The notes beneath the pieces are model-generated. The model was given only the letters and a program-made list of their open reading frames with translations, was not told the DNA's origin and did no database searches. A stretch of DNA of 64,000 bases from the human T2T-CHM13v2.0 reference genome, Homo sapiens: the NCBI RefSeq assembly GCF_009914755.1, contig NC_060931.1; one strand, written 5' to 3'. The position numbers were made by a program, and so were the translations under genes. This document shows positions 24,941 to 53,260 of the stretch, piece after piece (position 1 is the stretch's first letter; each line of letters begins with the position of its first letter).

Positions 24941-25637
24941 TGGACCTTATCAAAAATAAAAACTTTTACTCTGCAAAAGACTCTGTTAAGATGATGAAAA
25001 GACTAATTACAGACTGGAAGAAAATTTTTGCAAATCATGTAATCAACAGAGGACTAACATCATTAATATATAAAGAACTCTCAAAATTTAACAGTAAAAA
25101 GCAAAAGAAAGAAATCTAAAATGGGCAAAGACATGAACAAATATTTCATTTAAGAGACTATACAGATAGCAATCAATACGTGAAAAGATGTTCAACATCA
25201 TTAGTCATTAGAGAATTATAAACTAAAATCACAATGAGAATCACTACTTACCTATCAGAATGGCTAAAATAAAAATATAGTGATAATAAATGCTGATAAG
25301 AATGCAGAAAAGTTGGATTCATTCATACATTGCTGGTAAGACAGAATGATACCACTACTCTTGAAAAAATTTTGGATTTTTCTTTTAAAACTAAACATAC
25401 AATTACCATATGACCCAGTAATTGTAATCTGGGCATTTATCCCAGAGAAATAAAAGCTTATGTTCACACTAAATTCTCTACGCAACTATTCACAGCAGAT
25501 TTATTTATAATAGTCAAAAACTAGAAGCAACTAGAATGTCCTACAATTGGTGAATGGTTAAACAACTGTGATACTTCCATACCATGGAATATTATTCAGC
25601 AATACAAAGCAACAAACTATTGATACACACAACTTAG

Positions 25638-26020
<383 letters not shown>

Positions 26021-26066
26021 TGAGTCACCATGCCCAGCCTATATAATATTATTTTTTTATTTTTAG

Positions 26067-26264
<198 letters not shown>

Positions 26265-26607
26265 TGAACTCCTGACCTCGTGATCCTCCCGCCTTGGCCT
26301 CCCAAAGTGCTGGGATTATAGGCATGAGCCACCACACCCAGCCTAAAATATTCTTTAAATGATAAAATTATAGAATGAAAAATGGATTAGTAGTTGCTGA
26401 ATGTCAGGGACAGGGAAAGGAGGGTGTGTGGCTCTATGAAGGACTAGCACAAGGAACTCTGTGATGGCACAGTTAAGTATCTTGATTGTGGTGTTTGTTA
26501 CAGAAGTGACACATAATAAAATTGCACTGAGTCATATATACACACAAATGAGTTCAAATATGTTGAGTGAAATCTGAATAAGCTCTGTGGTATCAACCTG
26601 TGGTATT

Positions 26608-28630
<2,023 letters not shown>

Positions 28631-28759
28631 TGATATTGTGCTATAGTTATGACAGATGTTATAATTGGAAGATCCTGGGTGACCGGTGCACAGAACTTCC
28701 CTGTATATGCCTTTGAAACTTCTTATGCTATTTCAAAATTAAACGTTTTAAAAAATAAG

Positions 28760-30075
<1,316 letters not shown>

Positions 30076-30321
30076 GGTTATCATTTTATTGCCTTGTATG
30101 TGTTAACCAATTTTGTATCTCACCTAGCAACTTATTCTAACAGTCCTTCCAAAATGCCTGTAAGTGCCCAGTTCCACAAAGTGTTCTGTTATCCAAGTTT
30201 GCCATCTTACTGGTTCTCTCATTAAGTTAACATATCTTTGCCATGTGTTCATTCTATATTTGTATGACAGTCATGTTTTTAACTTTTAAAAATTGTATTT
30301 TGACAAGTATTTATTAGGTAT

Positions 30322-30676
30322 TGATATGGTTTGGCTGTGTCCCCACCCAAATCTCATCTTGAATTCTCATGTGTCATGGGAGGGACAAGTGGGAGGTAAT
30401 TAAATCATGGGGGTAAATCTTTCCCATGCTGTTCTCAAGATAGTGAATAAGTCTCATGAGATCTGATGGTTTTATAAAGAGGAGTTCCCCTGCACAAGCT
30501 TTCTCTCTTTGCCTGCTGCTATCAATGTAAGACGTGACTTGTTCCTCCTTACCTTCCACCATGATTGTGAGGCTTCCCCAGCCATGTGGAACTTTAAGTC
30601 TATTAAACATTTTTCCTGTATCAATTATCCAGTCTTGGGTATGTCTTTATCAGCAGTGTAAAAACAAACCAATATA
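30322..30676 (+). mobile_element. THE1 solo LTR inside an L2 3' fragment (~30295-30760)
   Basis: tgatatggtttggctgtgtccccacccaaatctcatcttgaa; TSD ggtat. Confidence 0.92.
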
Positions 30677-31175
30677 GGTATGTACCAAGCATTGAACTAA
30701 GTTCTGGGGCTATAAGAATGGAAAATAGAGAGCACAGTTCCCAGTGCTCAAGAATTTTTGGTATGACCTTATCATTCCCATTATGCTCCAGCATTTACCT
30801 TCGCCTCCAGGATCAACTCTTCCTCATCTAAAAAGTGTCCAGAGAATATCCTCAACTACACCAAACTATTTGAAATTTTTGCTGACATAGTTTTCTCCCA
30901 CACACGTCTTCCCGAGGGAAATGTTAAAGTATCTGCTTACAATACATAGGCAGACTAGGCATTTTGAGCATGTTTATTTTTCAAATATAATGCATTTCAT
31001 TTCGCAGACAGACAAACTTGGCTGGACACAGTGACTCACATCTATAATCCCAGCACTCTGGGAGGCCGGGGGGGAGGAGGGGGCGGCAGGGAGGTTATAG
31101 GTGAAGAGGATAGCTTGAGGCCAAGAGTTTGAGACCAGCCTAGGCAACGTAGTGAAACCCCATCTTTACAAAAAC

Positions 31176-31176
<1 letters not shown>

Positions 31177-31237
<61 letters not shown>

Positions 31238-31249
31238 CACACATATATA
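31177..31249. repeat. Compound (TG)/(TA)n/(CA) microsatellite within an Alu
   Basis: Direct inspection. Confidence 0.9.
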
Positions 31250-31608
31250 GCTGAGATGGGAGGATTGCTTGAGCCCAGGAGTTCAAGGCTGCAGTGAGCT
31301 AGGATCATGCCACTGCACTCTAGCCTGGACAACAGAACAAGACCTTGTCTCAGGAAAAAAAAAAAAAAAAAAAGATATAAAACTTTACCTTACCCCATTA
31401 CCCTAGCGTTCAGTATCTTTTGTCGTGGCATATTTTATTTTCTCTAGATCTGGCTATTATAGATAGTCTCTGGAAATAGAAGTTCAGAGCCTTTGGTAGC
31501 TTAGTGAAGTATAGAGACTCTGATAATGATTTCAGTACACTTACTGATATCTATGTGATGATGAATTTTAATAATACAGCAAATAAGATGACCAACTTTC
31601 TCAAATCA

Positions 31609-31812
<204 letters not shown>

Positions 31813-31846
31813 TCAATGTTAAGAATATCTGATAGGGCCAGATTCA

Positions 31847-32104
<258 letters not shown>

Positions 32105-32108
32105 TCAT

Positions 32109-32110
<2 letters not shown>

Positions 32111-32156
<46 letters not shown>
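32111..32156. repeat. (CA)n microsatellite in an Alu tail
   Basis: About 23 CA units. Confidence 0.95.
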
Positions 32157-32159
<3 letters not shown>

Positions 32160-32339
32160 TATCTGGTGAATAAAACATTCACATGTGAATGTCCACCTAC
32201 ATGATTCAAGTATGGTCCATATTTTCTAAACTAGCTCAACTGTATTAACAGAGCCATCCTGTTTTTGGGGGCCACAGTGTGCAGAAAGCTGTCAGACAAA
32301 AAGGGGTTCTCGAGGGGTTAATTTTGTACAGATAATTTG

Positions 32340-33202
32340 TGCTATGCTCTGAATCTTTGAGTCCCTCCAAAAATTCATATGTTGAAATCCTAACCCCCAA
32401 GGTGAAGGTATTAGGAGGTGGGGCCTTCAGGAAATGATTAGGTTATGAAGGGCAGAGCCCTCATAGTTGGGACTAGTGAGCCTATAAAAGAGACCCCAGA
32501 AGTTGGGCTCTATGGCACATGCCTGCAGTCCTAGCTACTCAGGAGCCTCAGTTGGGAGCATCACTTGAGCTCAAAAGTTAGAGACCAGATTGGGCAAAAG
32601 CAAGATCCCATCTCTAAATAATAAAACTAATTTTTTTTCTTTTTTTGAGAGAGAGACTCGCCTGACTTGGTGGCTCATGCCTGTAATCCCAGTATTTTGG
32701 GAGGCCAAAGCAAGAGGATTGCTTGAGCCCAGGAGTTCGAGACCAGCCTGAGGAACACGGTGAAACCCCCTCTCTACAAAAAATAAAATTAGCCAAGCGT
32801 GGTGGCACATACCTGTGGTCCCAGCTGCTTGGAAGACTAACATGGGAGGATCACTTGAGCCCAGGAGGTCAAGCCTGCAGTGAGCTGTGATTGTGCCACT
32901 GCACTCTAGCCTGGGTAACACAGCAAGAGCTCATCTAAAGAAATAACAATAAATTTTAAAACTAAATAAATAAAAAATTTAAAAGAGAGACTTCAGATAA
33001 CTAGCTTATCCCTTCCACCCTGTAAGGGCACAGCAAAAAGGTGCTCTATGAATCAGAAAGCAAACCCTTGCCAGACACTACATCTGCCAGTGCCTCGACC
33101 TTGAACTTCCTAGTCTCCAGAACTGGGAGAAATAAATTTCTGTTGTTGTTAAGCTGTGCAGTCTATGGTGTTTGTTTAGAGCAGACCAAATGAACTAAGG
33201 CA
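32340..33202 (+). mobile_element. MLT1A-like LTR with nested Alus
   Basis: tgctatgctctgaat...aattcatatgttgaaatcctaacccccaaggtg...gaactaaggca; TSD atttg/attta. Confidence 0.85.
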
Positions 33203-33769
33203 ATTTATTGTTAACATGAATATGTTTTAGTAATTGTATGTCCTTTCAGGATGGTAGAGGCTTACTGATATTTATGTTCAAGAACTATGAACAAAATTAC
33301 TTCTGAAAATCTAAAAATGAATTTTTAGATTTTAAATGCCTTTATCATTTATTGTAGATCATGATACACACTTTACAGAATTTATGGTAATGTCCTGGAT
33401 ATTTGTGAATATCTTCATTGTCCATGGCCATCATAGGCCTAAGTACTTATGAAATATTTAGGCAAGCCTATGTACATATATACTTTGACAGTGATTCCAC
33501 TGTTCTCCATTCTGATATTGTAATTTAGTCTAAAATATTAACTCAAGTCTTGTTATCAACAAGTAGTGTCTGTTTCTCACCTGAGAGTTGCCTGACATCA
33601 TTGTATAAGCCACAGACCAGATATTGGGTTTTCTGGAAGAAACATCAAAAAGTATCTTCAAGGTCAAGAGATCGAGACCAGCCTGGCCAACATGGTGAAA
33701 CCCCATCTCTACTAAAAACACAAAAATTAGCTGGGCATGGTGGCACGCACCTGTAGTCCCAGCTACTCA

Positions 33770-33919
<150 letters not shown>

Positions 33920-34173
33920 CTAAAAACTGAAGGGATAGGTATAATTGTCAATTTAACTGACATTATTGTCATTACCATCATTAATTAATGACATTAACAT
34001 CATAAGGATTTCCAGGACTATTATGGTCTAGAAGCAGATGACTTGGTAAAAGTATATTACTAGTTTAAGATAAGCAGAACAAGAAGTTGGAAGAACAAAA
34101 TGATAAAAATCGAATTGTGAGGCCAAGCATGATGGCTCATGCCTATTATCCCAACACTTTGGGAGGCCAAGGC

Positions 34174-35800
<1,627 letters not shown>

Positions 35801-36207
35801 ACTGTTTTATCTTTTCTTGATCTTTTGAAGATTACAGCTAGTCAAATTCATCTTTTGCCTGAATTAAAGCTATCCCCATTCATTTTCACCTCATACTATC
35901 CTTGATAACAATCAATATTATAGAAAGAAATCCTGCTCACAAATATTGGTGCAATTACATATATACAAAAAGCCAGGTGGACAAACTGCGTAGTATCCTT
36001 TGAGGTAAAAACTTCTTTCCACATTTCCAAAGTCTGATTATGTCTAATTCCAGTTTTTTCACACCTGTACATTTATGTAGTTTTACTAATATATTGTGTA
36101 TTTTTCTAACAAGACTTTGTACATCAGAATGTATCTCAAAAATAATTCCTAAGTAGAAGGTAAGCATGTAGAATAATTTATTTTTTTTAAACTGCTAACT
36201 GAAATAA

Positions 36208-36537
<330 letters not shown>

Positions 36538-36902
36538 TGACCCCTTCAAAGAAGTCTTTATGTGCACAACTAAGACATTTAAATCTGTAATTGTAAAAGT
36601 AAACAAAACAGACTCAACAACCCTGATAGTGCAGATATAACCTCAGTAAACAGCAGTAAATTATATCTGTCATTTAGATTCTTTGTGATGCAAATGAGGA
36701 AATGATCTATTTTAGTCAGTCCATTAGCACTCTGAAGAATTGGAAATCCCTTTGCTATCACAGTTATTCTCCATGCTTGCCTAGATATCTCTGCAAATGG
36801 AGCACAGAGAATTAAGTATAGTATTTCTGTTGTACCTACCCAATACAGAGCAGAACAGAACTTTCCACCCAACAGAGATCTTGTACCTTAATTGCTGCAG
36901 AC

Positions 36903-37328
36903 TGTCTCAGGTGAGTGCTGAATATCTGGGTCAGTGGCATGGGGGTAAAAGAATTTACCAAGACAGTTGTAAATAAAGAAAGGCAGATATATTAGAGAAA
37001 GTATGAAAATACATTGCAAGGTTGCAATGGGCAGACCAGCCAGAGAGGAGCTGACTGCAAGGAAATAAAGGCTTGCTGGGGATTTTATAGAATATTGCTT
37101 ATGCTGAAGAGTGCTACCTGCAGTACTGATAATGCCAAGGCTGCAGTGAGCTAACTTGTAGGTATTTGGTGACAGCTAGGCACAGGAAGGTTGTGAGTTG
37201 TCAGCACAAGATGGGTATGTGTCCTGGACCATGAAGAAAGGCCGACTGATAACTTCCCTACTTTCTCCTTTTGCTTTCCCTTGGTCCTGCCAGCCTGACT
37301 CCTTTTCCCTAATTAGGAGGACTCCACA
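36903..37328 (-). mobile_element. MER83-like ERV1 solo LTR
   Basis: Reverse complement begins tgtggagtcctcctaattagggaaaaggagtcaggctggc; flanks cagac/aagac. Confidence 0.8.
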
Positions 37329-37344
37329 AAGACTAAGAACACTT

Positions 37345-41290
<3,946 letters not shown>

Positions 41291-41474
41291 TATTGGTAAC
41301 TATAAGCACGATGCTGTACAGTAGATATGTAGGACTTACAAATCTTGTACAGTCAAAACTTTGTACCCTTTTACTGACATTTTCCGGTTTCTACCGCTCC
41401 TCACTCCAGCCCTGGGCAACCACCATTTCACTCTCTGCTTCTGTGAGTTTGACTATTTTAAATTTTTCATATAA

Positions 41475-41826
<352 letters not shown>

Positions 41827-42655
41827 TAAATAGAGACAGGGTCTCACTTTGTTTTCAAGGCTGATCTCAAACTCCAGGGCTCAAGCCATCCTCCTGCTTT
41901 GGCTTCCCAAAGTGTTGAAATTACAGGTGTGAGCCACTGCACTCAGCCTTTGTTTGTTTGTTTTTGAGTCAGGGTCTCGCTCTATCACCCAGGCTGGAGT
42001 GCAGTGCTATGATCATAGCTCACTGCAACCTTGACCTCCGGGACTCAAGCGATTCTCCTGCCTCAGCCTCCTGAGTAGCTGGGACCACGGGTGTGCACCA
42101 CCATGCCCAGCTAATTGTTTTTTATTTTTAATAGAAATGAGGTCTCACTATATTGCTTAGGCTGGTCTCAAACTCCTGAGCTCAAGTGATCCTCCTGCGC
42201 CAGCCTCCCAAAGTGCTGGGATCATAGGAATGAGCCACCAAGCCTAGCTGGCAATATTTGTCCTTCTGTGTCTGGCTTATCTAACTTAGCATAATACCCT
42301 GCAGGTTCATACTTGTCCCAGATGCAGGATTTCTTTCTTTAGGCTGAATAACATTTCATTGTCTTTATATACCACATTTTCTTTATTCATTCATTTGTCC
42401 ACAGACATTTAAGTTGTTTAAATGTTTTTGCTACTGTAAATAATGCTGCAGCAAACATGGGACTGCAGCTATCTCTTCCAGACATTGATTTTATTTATTT
42501 TGGATACATTCCCAGAAGGGGGATTGCTGAACCATCTCTTAGTTCTATTTTTAATTTTTTGAGAAACTTCCTGTTTTCTATATTGGCTGCACCAATTTGC
42601 ATTCCCACCAGCATTGTACAGGGTTCCCTTTTCTCCACCTCCTTAGCTACACTTG

Positions 42656-43171
42656 TGATATGGTTTGGCGGTGTCCCCATCCAAATCTCATCTTGAATTG
42701 TAGTTCCCATAATCCCTGCGTGTCAAGGGAGGGGCCAGGTGGAGATTATTGAATCCTGGGAGCAGCTCCCTCATACCGTTCTCATGATAGTGAGTGAGTT
42801 CTCATGAGATCTGATGGTCTTATAAGGGGCTTCTCCCTTTGCTGGGTTCTCATTCTCTCTCCTGCCGCCCTGTTAAGAGGTACCTTCCAAGGTGATTGTA
42901 AGTTTCCTGAGGCCTCCCTAGCCATGCTGAACAGTGAGCACATGCTGTTGGAAAGGTAGTACTGATATTCTTGCTTGACATAGGGTTGCCACACACCTTC
43001 AATCTGTAAAAAACACAATTACAAGCAAAGTTCAATAAAGCAAGGCACAATAAAATGAGGTGTGCCTGTATTGGTAACTATAAAAAGGGAAGAGTAAATT
43101 AAACCTCTTTCCTTTTTAAATTACCCAGTATGGGGTATTTCTTCATAACAGCATGAGAACAGACTAATACA
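42656..43171 (+). mobile_element. THE1 solo LTR carrying a copied Tigger1-end insert
   Basis: tgatatggtttggcggtgtcccc...agactaataca; TSD acttg/gcttg. Confidence 0.9.
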
Positions 43172-43719
43172 GCTTGTTATCTTGGTTTTGGTTTTGGTTT
43201 TGTTTTGTTCCTTATAATAGCCATTCTAACAGGTGTGAGATGATACATCATTGCAATTCTGATTTGCATATCACTGATAAATAGTGATGTTGAGCATCAC
43301 TATTCCTTATACCTGCTGGCCATTTTCTTATTTTCGTATACCTGCTGGCCATTTTGTATGTCTTCTTTCAAGAAATGTCTCTACAGATCCTTTGCCCATT
43401 TAAAATCAGTTTATGGGCCGGGCATGGTGGCTCATGCCTATAATCCCAGCACTTCAGGAGACCAAGGCAGGCAGATCACCTGAGGTCAGGAGTTCAAGAC
43501 TGGCCTGGCCAACATGGTAAAACTACTCTATTAAAAATAAAAAAATTAGCTGGGCATGGTGGCGTGCACCTGTAATCGCAGCTACTCAGGAGGCTGAGGC
43601 AGGAGAATCACTTGAACCCGGGAACCAGAGGTTGCAGTGAGCTGAGATCGCACCACTGTACCCTAGCCTGGGCGGCAGAGTGAGACTCCATCTCAAATAA
43701 TAATAATAAAATCAGGTTA

Positions 43720-43854
<135 letters not shown>

Positions 43855-44282
43855 TTATCTGGATGAGGTGGCATGTGCCTATAGTCCCAGCTACTCAGGA
43901 GGCTGAGGATAGCTTGAGACCAGAAGGCAGAGGTTGCAGTGAGTTATGATGGCTGGCAGCACTGCACTTTAGCTTGGGCGACAGAGCCAGACCCTCTCTC
44001 AATAACTAACTAAATAAATAAAATCAGTGTATTTGTTTCCTTGCTATTAAGTTCTAGGAGTTCTTCATATATTGTGGTCAGTAACTCATTTATCAGACCG
44101 GGAGCGGTGGCTCAGGCCTGTAATCCCAGCGCTTTAGGAGGCCGAGGCAGGTGGACCACCTGAGGTCAGGAGTTCGAGGCCAGCCTGGCCAATATGGTGA
44201 AACCCCCAACTCTACTAAAAATATAAAAAATTAGCCAGGCATAGTGGTGGGAGCCTGTAATCACAGCTACTCGGGAGGCTTA

Positions 44283-44378
<96 letters not shown>

Positions 44379-44544
44379 TCAAAATAAATAAATAAAATAA
44401 CCCTTTATCAAATAAGTGGTTGGTTTCCTTTTCATTATTTTGATTGTTTCTTTTGTTGTGGGGAAGTTTTTTCAGTTTGGTGTAATCCCACTTGTCTAAT
44501 TTTTCTTTTGTTTCCTGTGTTTGGTTGTTACAACTAAGAAATGA

Positions 44545-44953
<409 letters not shown>

Positions 44954-45666
44954 TAATCCTAATTTTTGTATATGATATAAAATAAGGGTCCATTTTCATT
45001 CTTTTGCATGTGGATATACAGTTTCCCCAGCACCATTTATAGGGAGACTATCCTTTCCCCATTTGGTATTCTTGGCACCTTTGTCAAATATCAATTGACC
45101 GTATTTGTGTGAGTTTACTTCTGGACTATCTATTCTATTCTATTGGTCTATATGTCTGTTTTTATGCCAGTATCATACACTTGATTACTGTAACTTTGCA
45201 GTGTTTGTGTGTATGTGTGTGTGTGTGTATGTGTGTGTGTGTAGAGAGAGAAAGAGCAAGCTCAAAAATGCTTTGGCTATTTAAGGTCCTTTGTGGTTCT
45301 ATATGAATTTTAGCATTTTTTTCTAGTTCTGTGAAAAATGCCTTTGAGACTTTGATAGGAATTGTTATGTCACTTTAGGTAGCATGGATATTTTAACAAT
45401 ATTTATTCTTCCAATCCAAATATACATATGCACACACACGTGTGTGTGTGCGTGTGTGTGTGTATTTGGCTGTTGTCCCAGATTTATTGATTTTAGAGAC
45501 AAGGTCTCACTCTGTTGCCTAGGCTAGAGCGTAGTTGTGCTATCATAGCTCACTATATTTTCACATTCCTTGGTTCAAGTGATCCTCCTGCCTCAGACTC
45601 CTGAGTAGCTGGGATTACAGGCATGAGCCACTGCACCCAGCCTCTAAATTTAAGGAAAATATTATA

Positions 45667-45827
45667 TTAGGTTGGTGCAAAAATAATTGCAGTTTTTGCC
45701 ATTAAAAGTAACAGGATCACTTCTCGGCCTTTGGGCTAAGATCAAGTGTAAAGGTAATGGCAACAATTTAACAATTTACATAATTAAAAGTATGGCAAAA
45801 ACCACAATTACTTTTGCACCAACCTAA
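45667..45827. mobile_element. MADE1 (Hsmar1 MITE) with internal insert
   Basis: TIRs ttaggttggtgcaaaa...ttttgcaccaacctaa flanked by TA. Confidence 0.95.
45716..45750 (+). pseudogene. U2 snRNA 5' fragment (nt 1-35)
   Basis: atcacttctcggcctttgggctaagatcaagtgta vs U2 atcgcttctcggccttttggctaagatcaagtgta (2 mismatches). Confidence 0.92.
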
Positions 45828-47723
45828 TAGCACAACAGAAAGATTCATACGGCTCCACATGGTGTTTTAGAATTCATCCCAATTACATGCTGGGTGACCT
45901 GGAGTTGGACACACTACCAAAACCTGGAAGTTTCAGCATTTCCTTAGTGCCAGCATCTACTTCAGTGATTTCCTGATCCAGGACTGAGCCCTCAGGAACA
46001 TAATTACTTCTGTCTCTCCTCTTCCTCCTGCAGCTTGATGGAGACACCTGTGAATCTGAGCCTCTGATCTCCTTCATCAGATGTGTGACATAGCCTGCTA
46101 TCTTGCTGCAGAGCTCTCTGCTGGAAGTAATGGTGATCTCCTTGCACACATACTTGCTCATGTAGAAGTCATTGCCCAGGTAGATGTAGTACTTCTCAGT
46201 GATGACCCAGGCCACCTTCTTCAGGATTTTAGTGCAAATGCGGCCCATATTGGCGGGTACTTGGTAAAAGAATGTAATATATTTTGAAATCACAAAGTGT
46301 CGGCTGGAGTGACTTACACCTCCAATCCCAGCACTTGGGGAGGCTGAGGCAGGAGGATAGCTTGAGCCCAGGAGTTTGAGACCAGCCTGGGCAACATGGC
46401 AAAACTGTGTCTCTACAAAAAATACAAAAATTAGCCCAGTATAGTGGCACGTGACTAAATTCCCAGCTACTCAGGAGGCTGAGGTGGGAGGATCACTTGA
46501 GCCCAGGAGACTGAGGCTGCAGTGAGCTACGATTGAGCCACTGCACTCCAGCCTGGGTGACAGAGTGAGACCCTGTCTTAAAAAAAAATAAAAATAAAAA
46601 TAAAAAAAATTTTAAAAGTTTATTTCTGAAGTATTTTTCTTTTTTATGTTATTATAAATGGGATTCTCTTAATCTTCTTTTTGCATAATTCATTGTAATA
46701 TATAGAAGCACAGCTGATTTCAATATATTGAACTTGTATCCTATAACTTTGTTGCATTTTTTTCTTAGTTCTAACAGTTTTTTGGTGGAGTCTATATGGT
46801 TTTCTACATAAAAGATTATGTCATCTGCAAACAGAAAATTTAACTTATTTCTTTCTTATTTGAATGTCTTATTTATTTATATATTTGCCTAACTGCTTTA
46901 TGTAGAACTTCTAGTATCATGTTGAATAGAAGTTGTGAGAATGGGCATCTGTGCCTTGTTCCAAATCTTAGAGGAAATGCTTTTTCACCATTGAGTATGA
47001 TGTTAGCTATGGACTTATCTTTTGTGGTTTGTATTACGTTAAGTTCCTTCTATGCCTAATTTGTTGAGAGTTTTTTTTGGTCACGAAAGGTACCGAATTT
47101 TGTCAAGTGTTTTTTCTGCATTTGCTTAGATGATTATGTGCTGTTTCTTCTTTGTTCTGCTAATGTGGCATATCACATTGATTGATTTGTGTATGTCAAA
47201 CCATCCTTCTTTCCCAGCAATAAACCCTATTTGATCACGCTATATAATCCTTTTATTGTGCTTTTGAGTTTTGTTTGCTAATATTTAGTTGAGAATTTTT
47301 GTATCCATGTTCATCTGCATATTGGCCTATAGTTTTCTTTTCTCGTGATGTCTTTGTCTGGCTTTAGTGTCAGGATAATTATAGCCTCATAAAGAGAGTT
47401 TGAAAGTGTTCCCTCTTCTCTTTTATGAGGGAGTTTTAGAAGGATTAATATTAATTTTTCTTTCAAAGTTTGGTAGAATTCACCTATGAGGCCATCTGTT
47501 TCTGTGCTTCTTGTTGAAGGGTTTGATTATTGACAATCTTCTTATTTGTTATTGGTCTGTTTAGGCTATTTCTTCTTAATTCAGTCTTGGTAGAATGTAT
47601 TCATTTCTTCTAGGTCATCCAATTTGTTGGCATATAATTTGTCATTTTAGTTCCTTATGTTTTTTTATTTAGAAAAATGTATATTCCGCAAAAATTGGGT
47701 GGAATAGTCTATATATCTCTTAG

Positions 47724-48105
<382 letters not shown>

Positions 48106-48461
48106 TGATTTTCTGTCTGGATGATCTGTCTATCTTCGTAAGTAGGATATTTGTGTCTCCTGCTATTATTTATTGCTATTTTCCCTTTAGATCTATCGAT
48201 TTTTGCTTTATATATTTAGATGGCTTGCTGTTGGGTACATATGTATTTATAACTGTTATTTCTTTCTACTGAATTAATCCTATTATAATTATATAATGAC
48301 TTTCTTTATTACTTGTGACAGTTTTTTACTTACAGTCTATTTTGTATAATATAAGTATAGCCACTTCTACTCTCTTTCAGTTACCATTGTCATGGAATAC
48401 CTTTTTTCATCCCTCACTTTTATCCTTTTGTGTCCTTAAATCCCAAGTGACAATCCTGTAG

Positions 48462-48698
<237 letters not shown>

Positions 48699-49724
48699 TA
48701 GTAGAGACGAGGTTTACCATGTTGGTCGAGCTGATCTTGAACTCCTGACCTCAGGTGATCCACTTGCCTCCACCTCCCAAAGTACTGAGATTACAGGAGT
48801 GAGCCACATGCCCGGCCCTCACTGGTTAATTTAATCTGTTTGCCCTTAAGTAATTATTGATAGGTGAGGACTTACTGTTCCTATTTTGTTAATTGTTATC
48901 TATTTTGTAGTTCTCTTATAGTAATATACTTTGATTCTTTTTATCTTTTTGTATCTACTACAGGTGTGTGTGTGTGTCTGTGTGGTCATAAAGCTTACAT
49001 AAAACTTCTAATCATTATACCAGTCTATTTCAAGCTAGTAAAAACTTACCCTCAATTTCATATAAAAACTCTACACTTCTATTTCCTCCCCCTCAAACTC
49101 TGTTATTCATGTCAGGATTTATTTCTTTTTATTTTGTGTATCCATTAACCAATTTTGTTATCATTATTCTCCATATTTTTGTCTATTAACTTTAACACTA
49201 CAGCTAAAAGTGACTTATACACCACTATTACAGTATTTCATTATTCTATATTTGTCCATTTGTTTATCATTGTCAGTGAAATTTATTGCATATGTGTTCA
49301 TGTTACTCTTATGAAGGTATTTTCATCTATAGATGGTTGTTAAATTACTGTTTCTATAGGAGCGTGAGGGCCAGAAACTCCTATTCTCCCATCTTGCTGA
49401 TGTCATTCTGAAAATAAAATTTAAATTTTTTAAAATTTATTTATTTATGAGACAGGCGCTCACTCTATCACCCAGGCTGAAGTTCAGTGGCATAATCACA
49501 GCTCACTGCAGCCTTGACCTCCTGAGCTCAAAAGAACCTCCTTCTTCAGACTCCCAAGTAGCCAGAACTACAGGCATGTACCACCAAGCCTAGCTAATTT
49601 TTTTTTAATTTTTAATACAGACAAGGTCTTGCTATGTTGTCCATGCTGGTCTCAAACTCCTGGGCTCAAGCAACCCTCTCCCCTTGGCCTCCCAAAGTGT
49701 TGAGATTACACATGTGAGCCACTG

Positions 49725-50845
<1,121 letters not shown>

Positions 50846-50849
50846 AACC

Positions 50850-51056
50850 AACAAAACCCAAAAAGAGATTGATTGCTACCTTCATAGTGAAAATTTTCCT
50901 TATCTTAGCATTTATCAAAGCTTCAGAAATCTTTAGGCTTTAAACTTTCTATGGAGAAATGATTTGATTTCTCAGGCAGCATACAGTAGCCATGTACTAC
51001 TGGTCTTCATGGTAGAATTAGTAACAGATCTCAGACAAATTATAATAAACTAAAAG
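50850..51056 (+). pseudogene. SAMD9-like unit 2, SIR2-like domain fragment
   Basis: LHSENFPY vs LDSEKYKP; KASEIFRL*TFYGEMI (50917) vs RASDVRKLISFLTHEDI; HVLLVFMVELVTDLRQIII (50991) vs [20 protein letters not shown]. Confidence 0.72.
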
Positions 51057-51059
51057 TGA

Positions 51060-52180
<1,121 letters not shown>

Positions 52181-52189
52181 TACTTGTTT

Positions 52190-53260
<1,071 letters not shown>

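Larger units (their letters stand above)
45468..46270 (-). pseudogene. RPS17: Processed pseudogene of 40S ribosomal protein S17 (CDS remnant 46248-45845, frameshifted)
   Basis: [21 protein letters not shown]...[11 protein letters not shown]...[26 protein letters not shown]; 5'UTR cttttaccaagtacccgccaat; 3'UTR end tcaataaatctgggacaacagcc; intronless. Confidence 0.95.

Noticed and set aside
32200-32320. SIFSKLAQLY*QSHPVFGGHSVQKAVRQK resembled the GHP motif of a mononegaviral L polymerase (endogenous viral element)
   Set aside because: No other L motifs nearby; the flanking peptides fit SAMD9 in collinear order.
33340-33420. IVDHDTHF-like peptide suggesting an ADAM metalloprotease retrocopy
   Set aside because: No HExxH motif or disintegrin cysteine pattern; better explained by the SAMD9-like frame.
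45883-46293. 136-aa ORF as a functional RPS17
   Set aside because: Many substitutions, an internal frameshifted segment, altered C-terminus and disrupted 3'UTR; a processed pseudogene.
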